From: an uncultured Verrucomicrobiae bacterium
Lineage (GTDB): Bacteria > Verrucomicrobiota > Verrucomicrobiia > Limisphaerales > Palsa-1400
Length of the DNA: 64,000 nt
NCBI GenBank assembly: GCA_963764165.1
Contig: CAVXRD010000002.1
Span: 1,056,001 to 1,120,000 of the forward strand
Direction: 5' to 3'
The notes under the pieces were generated by a model. That model searched no databases. It was not told the origin of the DNA and saw only the letters and a program-made list of their open reading frames with translations. Made by a program: the position numbers and the translations under genes. Position 1 is the first letter of the stretch; each line of letters begins with the position of its first letter. Of the stretch, positions 39,540 through 51,547 are shown piece after piece.

Positions 39540-40355
39540 CTAGTTGTCGTCTGGGTACTTTAATTTGATCGGCTGAAGTACCGCGTAATCAACATGTTGT
39601 CCTTCTCGAAGTGCGAAACGATTTCCGCTGGAGCCACTGGAAGGAGGTGCGGCAGAGATAATCTTTATGTCGGAGGGAATCGGACCATTCGCGGGCCTAT
39701 TATGAGCCTTAGCATACTGATCGACATTAATCAATCTGGCCGCCACGACCCAGTCGTGGACAGCTTCTCCTTGGTCTGCGTAGACGTTTCCTTTTGCTCC
39801 AAAAGCGGGCGACGACCCGCTTGCATTTGCACTCTCCTTCGCAGCGTAAGTGGTGGTGACGGTCGAAATGTACAGATCCGAGAGCCAGTACCGCGGGACA
39901 GAGCTACTTGTTGCTGCCAAGGCGAAGATTTGATCATCTGGAATCTGGGCAGGAGGCACGTATGCGTGGATCGCATCGACAATGTCGATTTCTGCCGCTT
40001 GAGACGCAGATAAACTCGCAGCAACAGTCAAATAGTTGCCTTCGACAGACGCACCACTGTCAATTTTTGAAGTGTAAACGCTTCCATCCTTCAAAGCAGC
40101 GACAACTGGCACCGAACCAGCGGCGAGCATCGGTTTGCCAATTATGTGATACTCATTATTTGCATCTGGGGCAATAATCAGGCCAATGTTCGATGCTGGA
40201 TCCATTCGGAATTCGACACTGTTTTTGAGCACCGTGCGATAACGAAAGTCATCAGGAGTTCTCTTATTCAGTGTGACGTCGCTGAACGTTACGCCGCATC
40301 CGCACAATGCCACTCCTCCGATAGTGGCCAAAATGTTCAAAACTAATCTTAGCAT
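39540..40355 (-). CDS. Hypothetical lipoprotein
   Basis: Lipobox VALCGC; beta-rich sequence; visibly lower GC than the flanks. Confidence 0.6.
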   Translation of the reverse strand: MLRLVLNILATIGGVALCGCGVTFSDVTLNKRTPDDFRYRTVLKNSVEFRMDPASNIGLIIAPDANNEYHIIGKPMLAAGSVPVVAALKDGSVYTSKIDSGASVEGNYLTVAASLSASQAAEIDIVDAIHAYVPPAQIPDDQIFALAATSSSVPRYWLSDLYISTVTTTYAAKESANASGSSPAFGAKGNVYADQGEAVHDWVVAARLINVDQYAKAHNRPANGPIPSDIKIISAAPPSSGSSGNRFALREGQHVDYAVLQPIKLKYPDDN

Positions 40356-40483
40356 GCCGCAAGGTAATGAAGTCATGCTGTATTCTAATGCCAGAAACAG
40401 AATGCCTTGTCAAATTATTTTTGCTTCGACCGTAATTTGCGTCGCTGGCGGTCGTCGTTAGTCTGTCAACCTTTTCGCGCCTC

Positions 40484-43400
40484 TTATTGTGGTAGCAGTG
40501 TAAAAAACTGTGCCCCAAGGATTGTATTAACTGTCGTTGTGTAGTTGGTTCCGCTGATGGTGATGCCCGCCGTTACGGGTGTCCACGCAGTCGGGGGCGC
40601 GAGATTTATTGTCTGATTTAGCGCGAAACCGGCGGCGTTGGTTGGCCAGTAGAGGGTCATGGTGCCTGGGCCGGACACGTAGCTCAATAAGGTTGGCGGC
40701 GTGATTATCGTGGAGAGCGCGAGGACCCCGGCGGGGTCTGCTTGGGTGCCTGACGCAGAGGGAGTGATCGTGACGGTCCAGCCGTTGCCGGAATTGATGG
40801 TGTTTACGGTGTAGAAGCCGTTCGTGGCGCAGCCTGTGATGAATTCCTGGGTCACGTTGGCGGGGACGGAGAACGTCGTTCCAGTGAAGGGCGTGGTGGA
40901 GTCCACTGTGAACAGCACGGCGGTGTTTCCGATGATTGCGCCGTCCATTGGCGTGCCACTCGTGCTGTGGATCAAGGTTGCGCTCTCGGCTTGCACACCA
41001 GCGTTTGCGCCTTGGAAGACGTGCAGGAATCGCTCGTTGACGGGGTTGTTTGAATCCTGGATCACGACGCGGTAATGGCAGGGTTCCTGGTCGGCAACGG
41101 TCGTCAGAAGGCCGTCGATTGAACTGGGCGTGATTGTCGCGCCGGACGGCAATAACGAGGTGATGTAGAGGTTCTGGCCACCGGGTGTAACGGTGGTAAC
41201 GACGTTGCCGTTCACTTTGGGTGACGTTGGGAATGTCAAATTGAATTCTTTGAACAGGCCGGCCGTGTGCGTCGCGGCGCGGTCGTAGGTGACGATGTAG
41301 TCTGGCTTGAGCCAGATGATCGACCGGCTGGCGTGCTGGATGTCGAGAGCCGCGTCGGGCGGGCTCCAATAATCCGGGCGGTTGTAGAGTTGGGTCGTGT
41401 CGCCGTAGGCGTAGTCGTAATTGGTCTGGACGCTGGCGTAGGTTATCGGGTCGCCATTATTGATCGCGAGAGGCCATTGCGATCCGTTGGTCCACCAGGT
41501 GATTTCCCAATCGATGTTGCCCGGGGTGCCGTTCGAGCACCAATTGTGCAACGTCAGGGTGTTATGGTAATCGGAGGATTGGCCGTTGTCGTTGTTATCA
41601 TAGTTGGCGACGCCTTTGGTCAGCCATTCGCCGTTGCGGTAGAATTCGAACTGGTTGGCATCGCCTTGCTGGTGGTTGATGGATTCCCAACTGCAACGGA
41701 AATCAAACATCGTCGCGTTCGACGCCCAACTTGTGCGGTCGACAAGGCGGCCCTGGCCCGCATCATAGAATGAGGTAGAGTAGCCCGGGCGCGGATCGGT
41801 CGTGGTGGCAGAAGGATCGAGCAGCATGTATAGGAAGATGGAATCCTGGACGCCCCAAGTCCACGGATCCGTAACGCGGGTTAGCAAACTGGGAGCGCCG
41901 CCTTCCACGGCGTTGATGGAAAACCACCGTTCCGCATTCTGCCGGGATAGATCGTTGTTTTGGCGATCCAGCAGGCTTAACGAGCCGAACACCGTCACTT
42001 GGTCGGGCGTGGAAAACATGCGGAGAATGTCGCCGTAGCTGGCGAATTCGTAGATGGGGCCGAGATAGCTTTCATCGGCGGGAATTTGCTGCGCGGGAAC
42101 CAGAGACGAGATGAAGCCCGTCACAAATCGCGACCAAACCGGAGCGCTCACCAGCGCCACTTGCGGGCCGGAAATGGCCGGATCGGCAAAGCCAGCCGTC
42201 TTGAGCGCGAGCAATTCTTCAACAATTGAGCGGACGGAATCGCCATAAAGCATGCCCTCCGGCGGAAGTCCGCCGCTCGCGAGGCCCACGACGGCGTTGG
42301 TAGGAAGCGCGTAGGCGGCTCGAACCACGTCCGGATCCCCAAACATCGCGAACTGCTGGTAAAGCCATGCGCCGGTCACGTCAAGAATATAGCTGCGAAG
42401 CGTGTTGCCAAGCTGAGCGGGCGGCGAATTCGTGTTTAGCGAAGGATCATCTGCAGGATCAATGGCGAGTGACATCAATGTCATCAGGCGCGCGTGGGCC
42501 TGATAGTAATTGTTGGCCGCCATGCGGTAAGCATTGCCTCCCGGAAGCAGGACAGGATTATTCATGACACCGACTTGCGGAGGGCTGTCGCCGCCAGTGG
42601 TGGAGGCTGTCAAACATTCACTGGCCCAGATTAAAAAGACATTGCGGATGGTCGCTTTGTCCTGGGCGGAGAAAATAAGCTGGCCGGAGGCATTGGTGGC
42701 ATCGTAAAGCCAGTCCAGCGTGAGCGGCCAGCTTTCTGACCCGGAGCTGGCGCGGTTGTAAATGGGGAACGTGGGATCCCGGAACGGCGCGCCGGACAAC
42801 GGGCCGAGGACGGCCTGATTCATCGCATACATCATGAGGTTATGCGCATATTGGGCGTACTCAATGCGGTTTGCGGGGCTGGGATCAATCAGCGCGTTGA
42901 AAGCAAATACCATCATATACTGTTCGCTGATCAGGCCGGTGTAGCCTTGAGAGTCACCCTGATCGGGATAGTTCGAATTTGGCGCGCCTCCCGGAAAGAA
43001 TTGGGTTTGGTAGTCACTCACACACTGGCTTAACAGCGGCAGCATGCCTTGGTGATAGATCGGATTGGTCGCCACGGCCCAGCTTTGCAGCCGGGGCAAA
43101 TCGGCGGGCGTAATCCAGAGGCGCGGATGATTCGTGACCGGCTGCGGAACGTTCGTGACGGCGGGCGGCGCGAACGCGTAGGTGGCGGTCACTGTGACGT
43201 TGTTGGAAGGCATGACCAAAGTTGTATTTGACGCAGTAGCATTGGCAACGACCGCCCCGGACCAACTGCCAAAAATCTGGCCCACGGGCGCTGGATCGGC
43301 CGATATGGAAACGGTTGTATTCGCGGTGAAGTTCCCGCTCCCTGTGCCATTCACCACCAGCAACGAATAGGTCGGGGCAGGCAGTCCGAAATTGGCGGTC

Positions 43401-44233
43401 ACGGTTGTTGGGGCCGCCGGCATTATCATCGTCGTTGAGGCAGAATTGGGATTGGCCACGACCGCCCCCGTCCAATTCACAAAGACTTCGCCTGCGGGAG
43501 GATTGCTGGCCGTGATGGTGACAGTTGAATTGGCGGGGAACGATCCGCCACCGGTGCCACCGACGACCGTCAGCGGATAACTTGGCGGCGCGGCGCCGTA
43601 GACCGCCGTGACGGTCACATTGGAGGCTGGCATGACGAGGGTGGTATAGGCGTCGGCGGGATTTGCCACCGCCGCGCCGGTCCAAACCTGAAAGACTTCC
43701 CCCGCCGGCGGAGCGTCGGCGGTGATGCCAACAGAAGTATTAGTCAAATAGAGACCGCCACCGGTGCCGTTCGACACGGTCAGCGTAAAATAGGTGTTCG
43801 GAGCCGGGTCCACCCGCATCGAGAAGCTGGCTGCGTCCGAATTGGAAACGGAATCCGTGACAACGACATAGGCGTCATAAGGATAACTGAAAACGTAGGA
43901 GCCATTCGCCGTGGCGATGCCGGCGACTTCGCCGTTGGTGGCATTCAGCGCCAAGCCGCCGGGAAAGCTGCCCGCCTGCACATTCCATTTGTAAGGCGGA
44001 GTGCCCCCGGTGGCGGTCAGTGTTTGCAAGTAAGGCGTGCCAACAATGGCGTCCGGCAGCGTTTCGGAATTGAGCGTCAACGGGGCCGCCGTCAATGATC
44101 TGGCAATCAGCAGAAGGGCGATCAAAAATTGGCCGGCGAGAGTCGCCTTGCGGTTTCGCCCCGCCATGCTGGCAAACCAGCGGTCATTGGCTCCAATAAA
44201 TTTATCTGACTGCACGAACTCGACATTTCCCAT
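40484..44233 (-). CDS. Large secreted protein: putative Ig domain, three InlB-B-like repeats, heparinase II/III-like alpha/alpha + beta-sandwich core, verrucomicrobial C-terminal domain (start may be 44167)
   Basis: LPDAIVGTPY..TLTATGGTPPY; 3x LTV..GTG.G....V.I.A.....F..W.GA; HPRLWIT; INHQQGDANQFEFYRNGEWL, YHNTL, RFLHV; LYWP...TINL...WTPV. Confidence 0.75.
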   Translation of the reverse strand: MGNVEFVQSDKFIGANDRWFASMAGRNRKATLAGQFLIALLLIARSLTAAPLTLNSETLPDAIVGTPYLQTLTATGGTPPYKWNVQAGSFPGGLALNATNGEVAGIATANGSYVFSYPYDAYVVVTDSVSNSDAASFSMRVDPAPNTYFTLTVSNGTGGGLYLTNTSVGITADAPPAGEVFQVWTGAAVANPADAYTTLVMPASNVTVTAVYGAAPPSYPLTVVGGTGGGSFPANSTVTITASNPPAGEVFVNWTGAVVANPNSASTTMIMPAAPTTVTANFGLPAPTYSLLVVNGTGSGNFTANTTVSISADPAPVGQIFGSWSGAVVANATASNTTLVMPSNNVTVTATYAFAPPAVTNVPQPVTNHPRLWITPADLPRLQSWAVATNPIYHQGMLPLLSQCVSDYQTQFFPGGAPNSNYPDQGDSQGYTGLISEQYMMVFAFNALIDPSPANRIEYAQYAHNLMMYAMNQAVLGPLSGAPFRDPTFPIYNRASSGSESWPLTLDWLYDATNASGQLIFSAQDKATIRNVFLIWASECLTASTTGGDSPPQVGVMNNPVLLPGGNAYRMAANNYYQAHARLMTLMSLAIDPADDPSLNTNSPPAQLGNTLRSYILDVTGAWLYQQFAMFGDPDVVRAAYALPTNAVVGLASGGLPPEGMLYGDSVRSIVEELLALKTAGFADPAISGPQVALVSAPVWSRFVTGFISSLVPAQQIPADESYLGPIYEFASYGDILRMFSTPDQVTVFGSLSLLDRQNNDLSRQNAERWFSINAVEGGAPSLLTRVTDPWTWGVQDSIFLYMLLDPSATTTDPRPGYSTSFYDAGQGRLVDRTSWASNATMFDFRCSWESINHQQGDANQFEFYRNGEWLTKGVANYDNNDNGQSSDYHNTLTLHNWCSNGTPGNIDWEITWWTNGSQWPLAINNGDPITYASVQTNYDYAYGDTTQLYNRPDYWSPPDAALDIQHASRSIIWLKPDYIVTYDRAATHTAGLFKEFNLTFPTSPKVNGNVVTTVTPGGQNLYITSLLPSGATITPSSIDGLLTTVADQEPCHYRVVIQDSNNPVNERFLHVFQGANAGVQAESATLIHSTSGTPMDGAIIGNTAVLFTVDSTTPFTGTTFSVPANVTQEFITGCATNGFYTVNTINSGNGWTVTITPSASGTQADPAGVLALSTIITPPTLLSYVSGPGTMTLYWPTNAAGFALNQTINLAPPTAWTPVTAGITISGTNYTTTVNTILGAQFFTLLPQ

Positions 44234-44289
44234 GCAGGCATTTATGGCAGAGCCAGAAAATTAGCACTATACGCCGAATGGCGTAGTGG
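44150..44289 (-). repeat. Direct repeat copy 1: promoter (TATAGT -10 at 44266-44271) plus 5' end of the large gene
   Basis: Aligns over ~140 nt with 46379-46520. Confidence 0.8.
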
Positions 44290-44331
44290 ATGGACGAATT
44301 CGGCCATTGGTGAGGAAGATCAGTGGTCCAT

Positions 44332-46125
44332 TCACTGCGAACGAACACGGTAAAAACGCTCCGCATAATTCGTCGAAGAGGGATCACTGAAATAATACGA
44401 TCCATTTACAAGCACGTTGGTTTGAAGCGGAATCCACACTGCATCGACCAGATTTGTGCAGGATTCAATCACGACACACTCGTTTGTCGCCCAGGAAACC
44501 GTAAAACCGAAACTGTTGGATTGAACGCCGAGAGAGGAACTGCCGCTCAGGACCACTGGGTAAGGGAGCGCCCAAGGCAGCAGGTTAATCCAGTATACCT
44601 CCGCCCCAAATGCATCCCACCCGGGGGTGCCGGGCAAGTAATAAATCGTCACGTTTCCAAAGTAATAGAAAAAAGCGGTCGGATCGGCAGTCGGGGCATT
44701 TCCTTGGAAATAGATTCCAACCAAGTTAGTGCATCTTGCGAATGCATAATCTTCGATGTTAGTGACACTGGCTGGGACAATGTAAGAAGAAGCGGGATTT
44801 CCCGGCGGGTATGCAATTAGTGTGGTCTGGCAGCGATCGAAAAGGACGCCAGCGGTAGTGCTATAGGCTGGATTATTTGGCTGAACAGTGATCGCTGTTA
44901 GCCTGGGGCAGAATTCGAATGCAGATTGTCCGATGGTGACGACGCCGCTGCCAATGGCGATGTTGGTTAGATACGGGCATTCCGCGAATACGCTGGGGCC
45001 TAGACTGATGACAGAATCTGGAATCGAGATGCTGAAGAGCGCTCCGCAACCCTCAAAAGCCCCTTCCCCGATCTCAGTTATCGTGCTTGGGATCGTGTAT
45101 TTGTGCGCAGGGTTCCCACCCGGGTATTGAATAAGCATCGTGTGATCGCTATCATACAAAACACCCGAATCACTCTCAAAAAAGGGGTTCGCGGGGTCGA
45201 CGTTGATCGCTGTTAATTTTGGGCAATTTGCGAACGGTCCACCACCAAAGTTGGTAACAGTAGCGGGAATAGCGACGATGGGCAAACTGAGACATCCCAA
45301 AAACGCTTCTTCATCGATGCTCGTGACACCGGGCGGAATGGTCACGTTTGTAAGAGCGGAACATTCAAAGAATGAACCCAAGCCAATATTCGTGACACTG
45401 TTTGGCATTGACACGTTCGCCAGAGCCGAACAGTTCCCGAAAGAAGCTAATCCGGTGCAGGAAACGCCTTGGCCAATCGTTACATTACTAAGGCCGGTGC
45501 AGCTATCAAACGCATAGTCTCCAATATAATTCACCCCGCCGGGAATCGTGATGTTGGTAAGACTGGCGCACTCAAAGAACGCGGAATTTCCAAGGTTCGT
45601 CAAATTGCCACCCAGCGTGACGCTTGTCAGCGATTGGCAGGAAGCAAACGCAGAATCGCCAAGGCTTGTGACATTTGCGCAACCTGTGACAATTCTCAAA
45701 TCAAAACAATCAGCAAAAGCTTGCGCATCAATTTCAGTCACGCTGTCCGGTATCGAAACATTGGTGAGGTACTCGCAGAAAAAGAATGAATTGCTCCCAA
45801 TAATGGTTACGTTGCTTCCGATCGTTATGCTGGGTAGGTAGGAGAGATAGAATGCACTGTCACCAATGGCCGTTACCGGCAGGCCATCGATGCTGCCTGG
45901 AATGCTGAGGGGAGAAAATCCGTCACCTTCCGCCAGCCCCGTGATTGTAACGCCATCCCCGTCTGCATTCGTTGTGTAACTGAACTGGCTTTGGGCTTGA
46001 CTGCTTTCGCCGACGAGCAGCGATGCCACAAATGCGCACTTCCAGATCAATTCTCTCCTAAATAGCGGTCTCACATCTTGTACATAATAGTCGTGTGAAT
46101 TCTCGGTGCGCGCAACAATATTCAA
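44332..46125 (-). CDS. BspA-type leucine-rich repeat (LRR_5) secreted protein
   Basis: Many IP.SVT.IG..AF..C..LT repeats; C-terminal FGFTV...SCTNL...WIPL...YFSDP...RFYRV. Start uncertain. Confidence 0.9.
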   Translation of the reverse strand: MNIVARTENSHDYYVQDVRPLFRRELIWKCAFVASLLVGESSQAQSQFSYTTNADGDGVTITGLAEGDGFSPLSIPGSIDGLPVTAIGDSAFYLSYLPSITIGSNVTIIGSNSFFFCEYLTNVSIPDSVTEIDAQAFADCFDLRIVTGCANVTSLGDSAFASCQSLTSVTLGGNLTNLGNSAFFECASLTNITIPGGVNYIGDYAFDSCTGLSNVTIGQGVSCTGLASFGNCSALANVSMPNSVTNIGLGSFFECSALTNVTIPPGVTSIDEEAFLGCLSLPIVAIPATVTNFGGGPFANCPKLTAINVDPANPFFESDSGVLYDSDHTMLIQYPGGNPAHKYTIPSTITEIGEGAFEGCGALFSISIPDSVISLGPSVFAECPYLTNIAIGSGVVTIGQSAFEFCPRLTAITVQPNNPAYSTTAGVLFDRCQTTLIAYPPGNPASSYIVPASVTNIEDYAFARCTNLVGIYFQGNAPTADPTAFFYYFGNVTIYYLPGTPGWDAFGAEVYWINLLPWALPYPVVLSGSSSLGVQSNSFGFTVSWATNECVVIESCTNLVDAVWIPLQTNVLVNGSYYFSDPSSTNYAERFYRVRSQ

Positions 46126-46129
46126 TTAT

Positions 46130-46374
46130 TCGTTTGACTTGACTTCAAGGAGGCGTGGTTTTACCGCCGTATCGGCGGTCGCCTCCGCGCGGATATTCCA
46201 AAACCAGTGAATCGCGAAACCATTTCTCGGAGTTTGGGGCATTTCACCCAAGCTGTCCAAACCAACAAAGTTTTCATCTGCCCAGCCAGCCCCAATTGCG
46301 GCTACTCCGGGTTCCTTATTTACGCTCAGAACAACGAGATGAACGCGTCGGAACTTGGCGTAAGCACGACGGCC
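46130..46374 (+). pseudogene. Internally deleted, truncated paralog of the prepilin-type gene at 50765-51547, including its upstream region
   Basis: MNRETISRSL vs [10 protein letters not shown]; then 45 codons (46240-46374) matching 51202-51068 with 14/135 mismatches; 46130-46206 resembles the reverse complement of ~51548-51617. Confidence 0.85.
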
Positions 46375-46378
46375 TGCG

Positions 46379-46520
46379 GCGATTTCGCCCTGCCATGCTG
46401 CCAATCTGACGGCATTTGGACCGGACAAATTTATCTGACTGCAAGCACTCGACATTTCTCATGTAACCATTTATGGCAGAGAGCCGGATAATTCGCACTA
46501 TAAGCCGAATGGCGTAGCGG
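46379..46520 (-). repeat. Direct repeat copy 2: promoter plus 5' remnant of a paralog of the large secreted protein gene
   Basis: Encodes MRNVECLQSDKF...SMAGRNR vs MGNVEFVQSDKF...SMAGRNR; TATAGT at 46497-46502. Confidence 0.8.
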
Positions 46521-46602
46521 CGTCCCAAACCGGATGGAAGCCGCAGATCAACGCAGATTTTATTTCCTGTTCGCCGCCGCCGGGCCATAATCGCCGGGAT
46601 TC

Positions 46603-48471
46603 ATGCGGCACCTCGCGCACATCGTGATTCTTCTGGCATTGGCCGCGGCGCTACGTCTGAACGCGGCAGCGGTGACTTCGTCCTCGTGCCGCGAATGCCA
46701 TCAAAATGAATTTTCCAAATGGGCCGCCTCGCATCACGGATTGGCGGAGCGAACCGTTTCCCTCCCGCTCGACGGAAAAGCCTTTGCGCCGCCGCGTGTT
46801 TTGAAAGCGGGAACCGTCACCAACGAGATTCGGCTGACGGACAACCGGTGCCAAATCGTCACGCTGGGTTTCAAGACGAACATGGAAGCCTTCACCGCCG
46901 CCCGCGCCATTGGCGTCGATCCAATTCGCCAATACTTGACAGCCGGTCCGAATGGCCGATGGCAGACTCTGGAAGTTTCATACGACACGCGCTCCAACCA
47001 GTGGTTCGATGTTTACGGAGACGAAGACCGCCGGCCCGGCGAGTGGGGCCATTGGACGGGCCGCGGAATGAACTGGAATTCCATGTGCGCCCAATGCCAC
47101 AACGCGAATCTTCGCAAAAATTACGATCCCGCCACAGATTCCTATCGCACGGAGATGGATGAAATATCCGTCAGTTGCGGCGCGTGCCACAGTGAAATGG
47201 CCGAGCATAACGCCTGGCAAAACAGCCATCGCCACAGCAAGGAGAAAGATCCAACAGTCCATCCACCCGCGGCAGTTCGGATGATGGGAACGTGCGGAAC
47301 ATGCCATTCGCGCCGCGAGGAACTCACCGGGAATTTCTCGCCCGGCGATTCGTTTTTCGACCATTTCCAAATGCAAACCGCCGGCGAGTCGGACGATTGG
47401 TTTGCCGATGGTCAAGTACACAGTGAGGATTACGAATTCGCCTCCTTCATGGGCAGCAAGATGCACGAGCGCGGCGTCACTTGCGTGGATTGCCACAACC
47501 CCCACTCGGGAAAAACGCTGCTGGCGGGAAACGATTTGTGCATGCGCTGCCACAGCGGCGCGTTCACGAATGCGCCGATCATCAACCCGCCTGAACATTC
47601 GCATCATCTCGCCGCAAACTCGGGAAACGCCTGCGTGGGCTGCCACATGCCGGTCACTGTTTATATGCAGCGCCACGCCCGCCACGACCACGGCATGACG
47701 ATTCCCGATCCGCTTTTGACGAAGGAACTAAACATCCCCAACGCCTGCAACCGCTGCCACGCGGACAAAAGTGTCGAGTGGGCCATTACGTCCACGGACG
47801 CTTGGTACACAAACAAAATGAGCCGCCCCACTCGCGACCGCGCGCGCGTCATCGCGGCCGCGCAGTCCGCCGATAGATCCGCCGAGGCTTCATTGATTGC
47901 CTTGCTTGACAGCAGCCATGAAAGTCCTTACTGGCGCGCCGTTGAGGCGAATTTGCTCTGGCAATTTTCCGATGATGCCGCTGCCAGGTCCGCGCTGGTC
48001 CGCGCGCTTCACGACGATCATCCGCTCGTGCGCGCGCTGGCCATCAAATCACTGGAACCTCATTCTTCGGGAACAAACGAAATTTTCGCGGCAATTAAAC
48101 CGCTCTTGAACGATCCGATTCGAAGCGTCCGCATCGCCGCCGCCTGGGCATTGAGAACTAGTCTTGACACAAATAGCGCCGCGGGCCGCGACCTGCTTGC
48201 AACGCTTGCTTTCAACAGCGACCAGCCGGTGGGGCAATATCGCGCGGCCATGTTCGAGTTGGATCGCAACGATCCGGCAAAGGCGCTCGGACATTTGCAA
48301 AAGGCGGAAGTGTGGGATCCATTTTCGCCGCCGCTGCGATTGGAAATGGCGGACGTTCTTTCGCAATTGGGAAAGACGAACGACGCCATCCGAGAACTGC
48401 GCGAATTTCATCGCCTCGATCCAAACGCGCCGCCCCCGCGGGACTTGCTGAGGCGGCTCGGGTTGCAGTGA
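46603..48471 (+). CDS. Periplasmic octaheme cytochrome c with HEAT and TPR repeats
   Basis: Eight CxxCH motifs (CRECH, CAQCH, CGACH, CGTCH, CVDCH, CMRCH, CVGCH, CNRCH); L.D..PLVR HEAT-like and TPR-like C-terminus. Confidence 0.88.
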   Translation: MRHLAHIVILLALAAALRLNAAAVTSSSCRECHQNEFSKWAASHHGLAERTVSLPLDGKAFAPPRVLKAGTVTNEIRLTDNRCQIVTLGFKTNMEAFTAARAIGVDPIRQYLTAGPNGRWQTLEVSYDTRSNQWFDVYGDEDRRPGEWGHWTGRGMNWNSMCAQCHNANLRKNYDPATDSYRTEMDEISVSCGACHSEMAEHNAWQNSHRHSKEKDPTVHPPAAVRMMGTCGTCHSRREELTGNFSPGDSFFDHFQMQTAGESDDWFADGQVHSEDYEFASFMGSKMHERGVTCVDCHNPHSGKTLLAGNDLCMRCHSGAFTNAPIINPPEHSHHLAANSGNACVGCHMPVTVYMQRHARHDHGMTIPDPLLTKELNIPNACNRCHADKSVEWAITSTDAWYTNKMSRPTRDRARVIAAAQSADRSAEASLIALLDSSHESPYWRAVEANLLWQFSDDAAARSALVRALHDDHPLVRALAIKSLEPHSSGTNEIFAAIKPLLNDPIRSVRIAAAWALRTSLDTNSAAGRDLLATLAFNSDQPVGQYRAAMFELDRNDPAKALGHLQKAEVWDPFSPPLRLEMADVLSQLGKTNDAIRELREFHRLDPNAPPPRDLLRRLGLQ

Positions 48472-48500
48472 GAAATTATCCGTGTCCAAAGAAGTTGAAT

Positions 48501-48629
48501 TGGGAGCGCGGTCGTCCCGCCGAAGGCATCTTGCCTTGACGGAGCATCCCTGAATAATTAAATGACTTGTTCAGCGACGGCCAGTCGGTGAGACGCCGGC
48601 TGGAAGCGACCGAGACGGTCGCGCTCCCC
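48501..48629. repeat. REP-like inverted repeat (GGGAGCGCG...CGCGCTCCC) between convergent genes
   Basis: Arms gggagcgcggtcgtccc and gagacggtcgcgctccc. Confidence 0.45.
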
Positions 48630-48644
48630 TTCTCAACTGAATTG

Positions 48645-50678
<2,034 letters not shown>

Positions 50679-50764
50679 TCCGAAACGCTAATGTAGCGCA
50701 TGGCCTTCGTCAAGCAACCCGAATTGCCGAGAATATCATCGATCGAAAGAGAGAGTGCGACAGC

Positions 50765-51547
50765 TTATTGGGGCGCCGGGAACGGAGTGTTCGGGTTAAA
50801 AATGTTCGTTGGGGCGGACTTGCGCAACTCGATGTGCGAATCAAGGAACACCAGATTAGCGCGGCCCATTTTGGGTTTCGCGCCAATCACCCCTCCCTCC
50901 GTTGTGCTGAGAGAATAGACACTGTGTTCGTTACCGCCTTGATGGCGATAGCAGACGTTGCCGCCGCCGTCGTCAGTGTCCGCATAGAGACAGGCATCGT
51001 AACCATCAGTCTCCCCATACATGACGGTCCATGAGGGGTGGGGAATGTACTTCATCGACTTGATGTAGGCCGTCGTGCTTACGCCAAGCTCCGACGCGTT
51101 TATCTCGTTGTTTTGGGCGTAGGTAAGAAATCCCGAATAGCCGCCATTGGGGCTGGCTGGGCAGATGAAAACCTTGTTGGTTTGGACAGCCTGTGTGAAA
51201 TGCCGCCCAAGGTATGGCTGAAGCGTCGAATACCATACGAGGTCATAATTAAGCCCCGCGCCCAAGTCATCGGGCGGATAGCCGAGCGGCAGAGCTTTCT
51301 GATCGTCCTCGTAATTGATGGTGGCGATGATCAACTGGCGCAAATTGTTCGCGCAAGCAGTCGTTCTGGCCTGGTCCTTGGCCAAAGCGAGGGCCGGCAG
51401 GAGCAGGCTCGCGAGGATGGCGATAATTGCAATGACAACGAGCAATTCAATCAGCGTAAAGGCCTCCCGGCAGGAGCGAAGGGGCGGGACACTGAAAGCC
51501 GCAGTTGCCTGCCTGTTCAAATTCAGAGAAATGATTCCGCGGTTCAT
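50765..51547 (-). CDS. Prepilin-type N-terminal cleavage/methylation protein with H-X9-DG-like C-terminal motif
   Basis: Motifs [41 protein letters not shown]...ANLVFLDSH. Confidence 0.9.
   Translation of the reverse strand: MNRGIISLNLNRQATAAFSVPPLRSCREAFTLIELLVVIAIIAILASLLLPALALAKDQARTTACANNLRQLIIATINYEDDQKALPLGYPPDDLGAGLNYDLVWYSTLQPYLGRHFTQAVQTNKVFICPASPNGGYSGFLTYAQNNEINASELGVSTTAYIKSMKYIPHPSWTVMYGETDGYDACLYADTDDGGGNVCYRHQGGNEHSVYSLSTTEGGVIGAKPKMGRANLVFLDSHIELRKSAPTNIFNPNTPFPAPQ

Noticed and set aside
43180..43790. CRISPR-like or tandem DNA repeats
   Set aside because: The periodicity comes from protein domain repeats (InlB-B-like; likewise the LRR genes); there are no constant repeats with unique spacers.
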